From contig CATNEN010000038.1 of NCBI GenBank assembly GCA_950097015.1, positions 10,540,001-10,604,000 on the forward strand: a DNA stretch of 64,000 nucleotides, given 5' to 3'. The stretch's first letter is position 1. Every line of letters begins with the position of its first letter. This document shows, one piece after another, positions 60,101 to 64,000 of the stretch. Position numbers and translations under genes: made by a program. The stretch is from Macrostomum hystrix (lineage: Eukaryota > Animalia > Platyhelminthes). The notes beneath the pieces were generated by a model. The model was not told the origin of the DNA. It worked only from the letters and a program-made list of their open reading frames with translations, and did no database searches.

Positions 60101-60894
60101 AATCTCATATTTTAATAAATTAAAAGCTCAAATTTAAAACGACTCACCTTTAAAGCCTGCCGCTTTGTGACATAGTTTTCGGACTCGATCAAGACCCTAT
60201 AATTGTCGAAGAACTGATTGAAATTGGCCTCGAGAAATTTCGCCACCATAGCTTTGTGCCTAGTCAGCAGGTCCTTCAATGTGGTGAAAGCATCAGAGCT
60301 AACATCGAAGGCGGTGCCGTGAACGTGCGCGAATAAATCGTAGAAGCGCGGATCCCATAAGAACTTCTCGGCTATCTTCTCGTGCCGACAGGCCTCGCGA
60401 AGCATACCGCCGAAGCTGATGGCGTGCTCCGGCCGATGATAACCTTCAACCAGGCGGTAAAGCACGTTTATGTTGTCAATGACGTATTCAATGGCCGGAT
60501 GCCTATTAGCCACCTTTTTAGACATCAGGTGAGTGAACAGGTGCTCAACAAATTTCGAGCACTCAAAGTCAATCTTGTCGATGTTATCCAACAGTAGTGG
60601 AATTGTGTTGCGACACTCGGCGCTGAAAATCTCCTGCGAGATATCTGTCAGGGCGTCGCTAATTCTCGCCTTCTCTGAATTGGCCTCGGCCTCCTTAGAG
60701 CTGGGATCCACTCGCTCGGTTAACAGAGTCTTGATAGATGTCAGCGCTTTGGCTACATCCTCCTGGGCCTTCTTAAGGTCGCGCGCGCCCGTTGCGCCGC
60801 CGCCGCCGTCAGCAGCCAGCACCCTCAGGGCATTGTGTAACTGGACAACCAAATCTTTTGGCGTCTTCTGCCGGCCAAGTTTGAACATATTCAT
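51122..60894 (-). CDS. CAB39: MO25 / calcium-binding protein 39, ~377 aa
   Basis: Exons 60894-60148 (…[11 protein letters not shown]…[19 protein letters not shown]…[12 protein letters not shown]), 51585-51442 ([19 protein letters not shown]…ENLKLIMN…[10 protein letters not shown]) and 51364-51122 (VFVANPNKP…[15 protein letters not shown]). All junctions are phase-0 GT-AG. Confidence 0.95.
51754..56193. repeat. 32/33-bp satellite (~135 copies) in the MO25 intron
   Basis: Unit gaggatctaaaa(a)ctggtt(t/c)atgacagcccacact. Confidence 0.97.
56346..56517 (-). ncRNA. H/ACA snoRNA-like RNA, copy 1 (type A; hinge box and base of 5' hairpin deleted, possibly degenerate)
   Basis: Conserved 3' hairpin ending GGCC-ACA (56351-56349) plus hinge hairpin CGGACAGA.../TCTGTCCG. 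Confidence 0.55.
56650..56818 (-). ncRNA. H/ACA snoRNA-like RNA, copy 2 (type B)
   Basis: 5' GGCCC..GGCC hairpin, ATATTGA hinge, conserved 3' hairpin, ACA at 56655-56653. Confidence 0.65.
56988..57174 (-). ncRNA. H/ACA snoRNA-like RNA, copy 3 (type A)
   Basis: 5' hairpin with CAGACTGT/ACAGTCTG upper stem, ATATTTGA hinge, extra hinge hairpin, 3' hairpin, ACA at 56993-56991. Confidence 0.65.
57307..57475 (-). ncRNA. H/ACA snoRNA-like RNA, copy 4 (type B)
   Basis: As copy 2; ACATTGA hinge, ACA at 57312-57310. Confidence 0.7.
57620..58102 (+). mobile_element. 5'-truncated RTE-type LINE fragment (pseudogenised ORF C-terminus)
   Basis: 57672-58061 translates as [29 protein letters not shown]...VTNAALY...[11 protein letters not shown]...P...[15 protein letters not shown], the post-RT C-terminal motif set of RTE-like LINEs. 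A short 3' UTR and a (TTG)n tail follow. Confidence 0.8.
58100..58287 (-). ncRNA. H/ACA snoRNA-like RNA, copy 5 (type A)
   Basis: 5' hairpin TGGCCC...GGGCTGTT/AACAGTCT...GGGCCA, ATATTGA hinge, extra hinge hairpin, 3' hairpin, ACA at 58105-58103. Confidence 0.7.
58388..58550 (-). ncRNA. H/ACA snoRNA-like RNA, copy 6 (type B)
   Basis: 5' hairpin with an 18-bp perfect stem, ACATTGA hinge, 3' hairpin GGCCTGC-CTAACTGG-AAGCCCCGGTCC..GGACTGGGGCTT-TTACCAA-GCAGGCC, ACA at 58393-58391. Confidence 0.7.
58955..59968. repeat. 29-bp minisatellite (gactctatcaa(g/a)gtcatctaatggactgt, ~35 copies)
   Basis: Direct reading. Confidence 0.96.
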
Positions 60895-61638
60895 CCTGGC
60901 TGCACTGTGGTCTGAGTCTTGTTTTTAATATTTTTTTACCTTACTGAGCAATGGGATCAATGCTTAACTGAGCCTGAATGACAAATTAATTAATCAGCCT
61001 TTTCTATGCTAAACTTTAGCTATGCCAACCTGAAATTTATATGGAAATTAGTTACCAATTGGTGGCGAATATTTTCATTTAAAAGTATTTTAAAAAGGCA
61101 AAAAAGTAACATTATACAAAAATTATTTTACTTAAAATTAAACTTACCTACTTAGTACTTGTACTTATACTTTAACCTTATACTTCTACTTTTATACCAT
61201 ATTTGAACATATTATTATGGAGAGGGTCAATAAACTCCAAATACATACAGTCGAATTATAATTGCTATATCTCATACTTTTGCTATCTGAAGCTAATCTA
61301 TATTCAATATAAGTCCTAGGCTTAAGCTAAGCTTCTATGGACTATGGGTACAATTGGAAAGTATAACTCATATACGAGCATATTGGTACCAATAATATAT
61401 TTCACAGGCATAGTTACTTAAGAAAAAATAAGAGATATTACCAATGGTTAATTATATTTAATTTGGGTTGTAATTTAATACTTGAGTTCATTTGCTGCAA
61501 TATAGCTAGATAGTTACATGTTATGAGGAGCAAAAACATAAAAAGAATAAATAGCTGCTAATATAATATAGCCAAATGCTAGCTACATGCAACATGTCAT
61601 GTTTAATTTTTAATAGACCATTTGTATATTATATAAAT

Positions 61639-62368
61639 ATACAACTGGTGTTGCAAACATTTTTAGACTGTGATTGCTATGCAGGAAAAGAATATCCAAA
61701 TGAGCTGAAATTTCAATCACAACCTCTTACTTATCTGCTCTATTGAATGGTAAAGCAGCAAAACAATTACACATACTGAACAAAACTTATAGCCGCTTTA
61801 AACGTGTACACAAATTTTATAATACAATTTCGAACTTGGCTTGCTATATGTGTTTGCCATCCATGTCAATGCACTTTTGGTAGCAATCAGTGAGTTTCTT
61901 GAAGCCAGTATCCTAGAAAATTAGATCCAGTGGATGCAATGTTTTTGGCATCATTGATAACCTGCTCATGCATAGTGAAGAGTACACTTTGCATCAGAAT
62001 CTTCATTGGGCCAAACAGATAAAAGTCAGTGATGGCAAGGTCTGGACTATAGGCTGAGTGCTTAAGTTGCTGGAAGCCAGCATGCAAGAAGGATGTCATA
62101 ATTGGCTCTCTCTTGATCTGGATTTAAACACTTTTTATGGCTGATTCATCAAGTTGTTTGAGTGAGTAAAAATGTTTGCTGAAAAAGTGCAAGTCACTCT
62201 GTGCTTAGTTTGATTTCATGCACTTCCCCAATGACATTCAAAATCAAAATGTATTTGGCTCATGCTTAGCTGCTTCATCATTTTTGGGAATAAACTTGAT
62301 AAAACTTCCCTAATCAGCAAGTCTGGAACCCTTGTTCTTATTGAATGATTTGTGTTGCATGTTTTAAA
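61639..62368 (-). pseudogene. Old degenerate mariner transposase relic
   Basis: ORF 62099-61887 retains HSAYSPDLAITDFYLFGPMK (the mariner YSPDLAP.D..LF motif). A TIR-like tacaactggtgttgcaaac lies at ~61639. The rest is broken by stops and indels. Confidence 0.65.
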
Positions 62369-62370
62369 TA

Positions 62371-63740
62371 CTTCGGGTGTCCGGAAAGTCATGAGAATGT
62401 GTTATTCTAACTACTTAGACACAAGCTATTGACAAGATACTGTACCATTCTAACACTTGACTTAATATATGTCTATGGCTGAAAGAGCTAGATTCTAGCT
62501 TCAAATTTGGGGGTAAGGCTGATGGTTATAACTTAGAAGTCTAGGCCACTGCAACGCAGAGGCAAAGCAAGCATCTATCGTTACTTTTTTCTTCATTGAT
62601 CCTTGCTGCTGCTTTGAGATGGACGAGTTTCAAGCTTATGCTTATACCAGGTATAAGCTTGGTATATGTGCTCCTGATTGCCATGGAGAACTGCTGAAAG
62701 TGCATGGAGATGTGGCGCCAGGTCTGTCGTCAGTGTACCGATGGTACACAAGGTTCCGTGACGAGTCGTACCCACTGGCCCAAGCTGCCCGTACTGGCCG
62801 GCCAAGATTGACGAGAACACCAGAGCTGATCGAGACCTGCAGAAATCTCGTGAAAGAAGACCCAAAAGTGACTGATAGAGATCTTGCTGACTTCATGGAG
62901 GTTGGGAAATCAACAGTGCATGAAATATTGACTGAAGACCTGCAACTTCGCAATGTGTCTGCCGTGTGTCCCGCATGTTCTCTCCGAGGAGAACAAGGTT
63001 GCTCGCGTCAATTGTGCCAAGCAAATACGTCGGATTTTTCATACCGAGGGCATGACCAGCTTCTGCAACAAGTACGTGGTGGAGGACGAGACGTGGGTGT
63101 ACCTTAAAAACACTGGTACACGGCAGAACAACCGGTGCTGGCTGGGTCAAGGCGACCATCGACCTCAAGTTGTGAGACACTCAGTCGGGGACCCAAAGAC
63201 AATGCTGGTAGTCGCTTTCACCCCAAGCAAGAGATTCTCTATCATGTCAATGGCGCCAAAGCAGACTGTTGATGCCAATCGCATTGTTGAATTCGTTCGA
63301 CACACAGGTGACCTATGGCGGAGCCTCAGATCACAGCCAATTCATTTGTCCGAAGTCTTGTGGCAGTGGGACAACGCACAACCTCATGTGGCCCAGCCTG
63401 TGCAGCAGTACATGGAGACTCGTGGAGTTCAACTGCTTTTTCAGAGTCCCTACAGCCCTGATTTCAATTTATGCGACCGTTTTTTCTTCAATTGGCTGAA
63501 ATCGGACTTCTCGAAGCGGGAGTTCAGCAGCCACGATGAGGTCCGCGAGGCCGCGTTGCAGTGGGCGAGGGGTCTGGATGCAAACTGCTTGAAACGCGAG
63601 GTTCTACGGCTCGTGGAGCACTGCCAATCTGTGATTGACTTCAGGGGAAATTACATTACTGATTAGTAAAGTTTCACTGTTCTGCTCGTTTTTATAATTA
63701 ACCTTTTGTAGTTTTCTCATGACTTTCCGGACACCCGGAA
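62371..63740 (+). mobile_element. Full-length (1,370 bp) DD34D mariner transposon with frameshifted transposase
   Basis: 27-bp TIRs (cttcgggtgtccggaaagtcatgagaa / ttctcatgactttccggacacccggaa) flanked by TA. HTH ORF from 62619 (VYRWYTRF...RTGRP) and catalytic ORF to 63666 with EDETW, WDNAQPH and YSPDFNLCD; 34 residues separate the 2nd and 3rd D. Frameshift at ~62967. Confidence 0.93.
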
Positions 63741-64000
63741 TAACTATAAGTTTTGCTCAGTATCTTTAATTACTAGCCTCATTACCATTCAGTAGAGCAG
63801 ATGTGTAAGGAATAGAGTAAAATTTTAGCACATTTGGACATTCTATTCCTGAACAGCGACCACAGTATAGAAAGTTTTGCAAAACAGTAGTAAAATAGGG
63901 TTCATGTGCTAAACACAAAAATTTTATATTTAGAAGGAGTTATCTAAGCAATATTAAAAATATTAAATCTACAATCTACAAGGGGTGTCTAAAAGTCCTC

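Noticed and set aside
62953-62975. Programmed ribosomal frameshift in the mariner transposase
   Set aside because: No slippery heptamer; the shift destroys the conserved W of WVPH, so it is a simple deletion.

Overview
Eukaryotic (animal) genomic DNA with spliceosomal GT-AG introns and very dense, intron-specific minisatellites. The style suggests a free-living flatworm such as Macrostomum; this is inference, not shown by the sequence. Content, in order: (1) a phospholipase C-beta gene on the minus strand (ATG at 22009, at least 21-22 exons, probably running off the left edge); (2) a 4.6-kb 27-bp satellite; (3) an apparently identical tandem segmental duplication (period 9,148 bp; 30642-39782 and 39790-48930) carrying a DEG/ENaC channel gene and a Tpt1/TRPT1 tRNA 2'-phosphotransferase gene, with a templated insertion at the junction; (4) a tRNA-derived SINE; (5) an MO25/CAB39 gene on the minus strand with an 8.6-kb first coding intron; (6) a frameshifted DD34D mariner next to or inside an older mariner relic. 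The most notable unannotated signal lies in the MO25 intron (56346-58550). It is an alternating array of six sense-strand structured RNAs with hairpin-hinge-hairpin-ACA architecture (H/ACA snoRNA-like). They share a strongly conserved 3' hairpin whose pocket could guide pseudouridylation at a GGUAA-U-U-C(C/U)AG site such as those in 18S rRNA. Most long ORFs in the supplied track are artefacts of tandem repeats.
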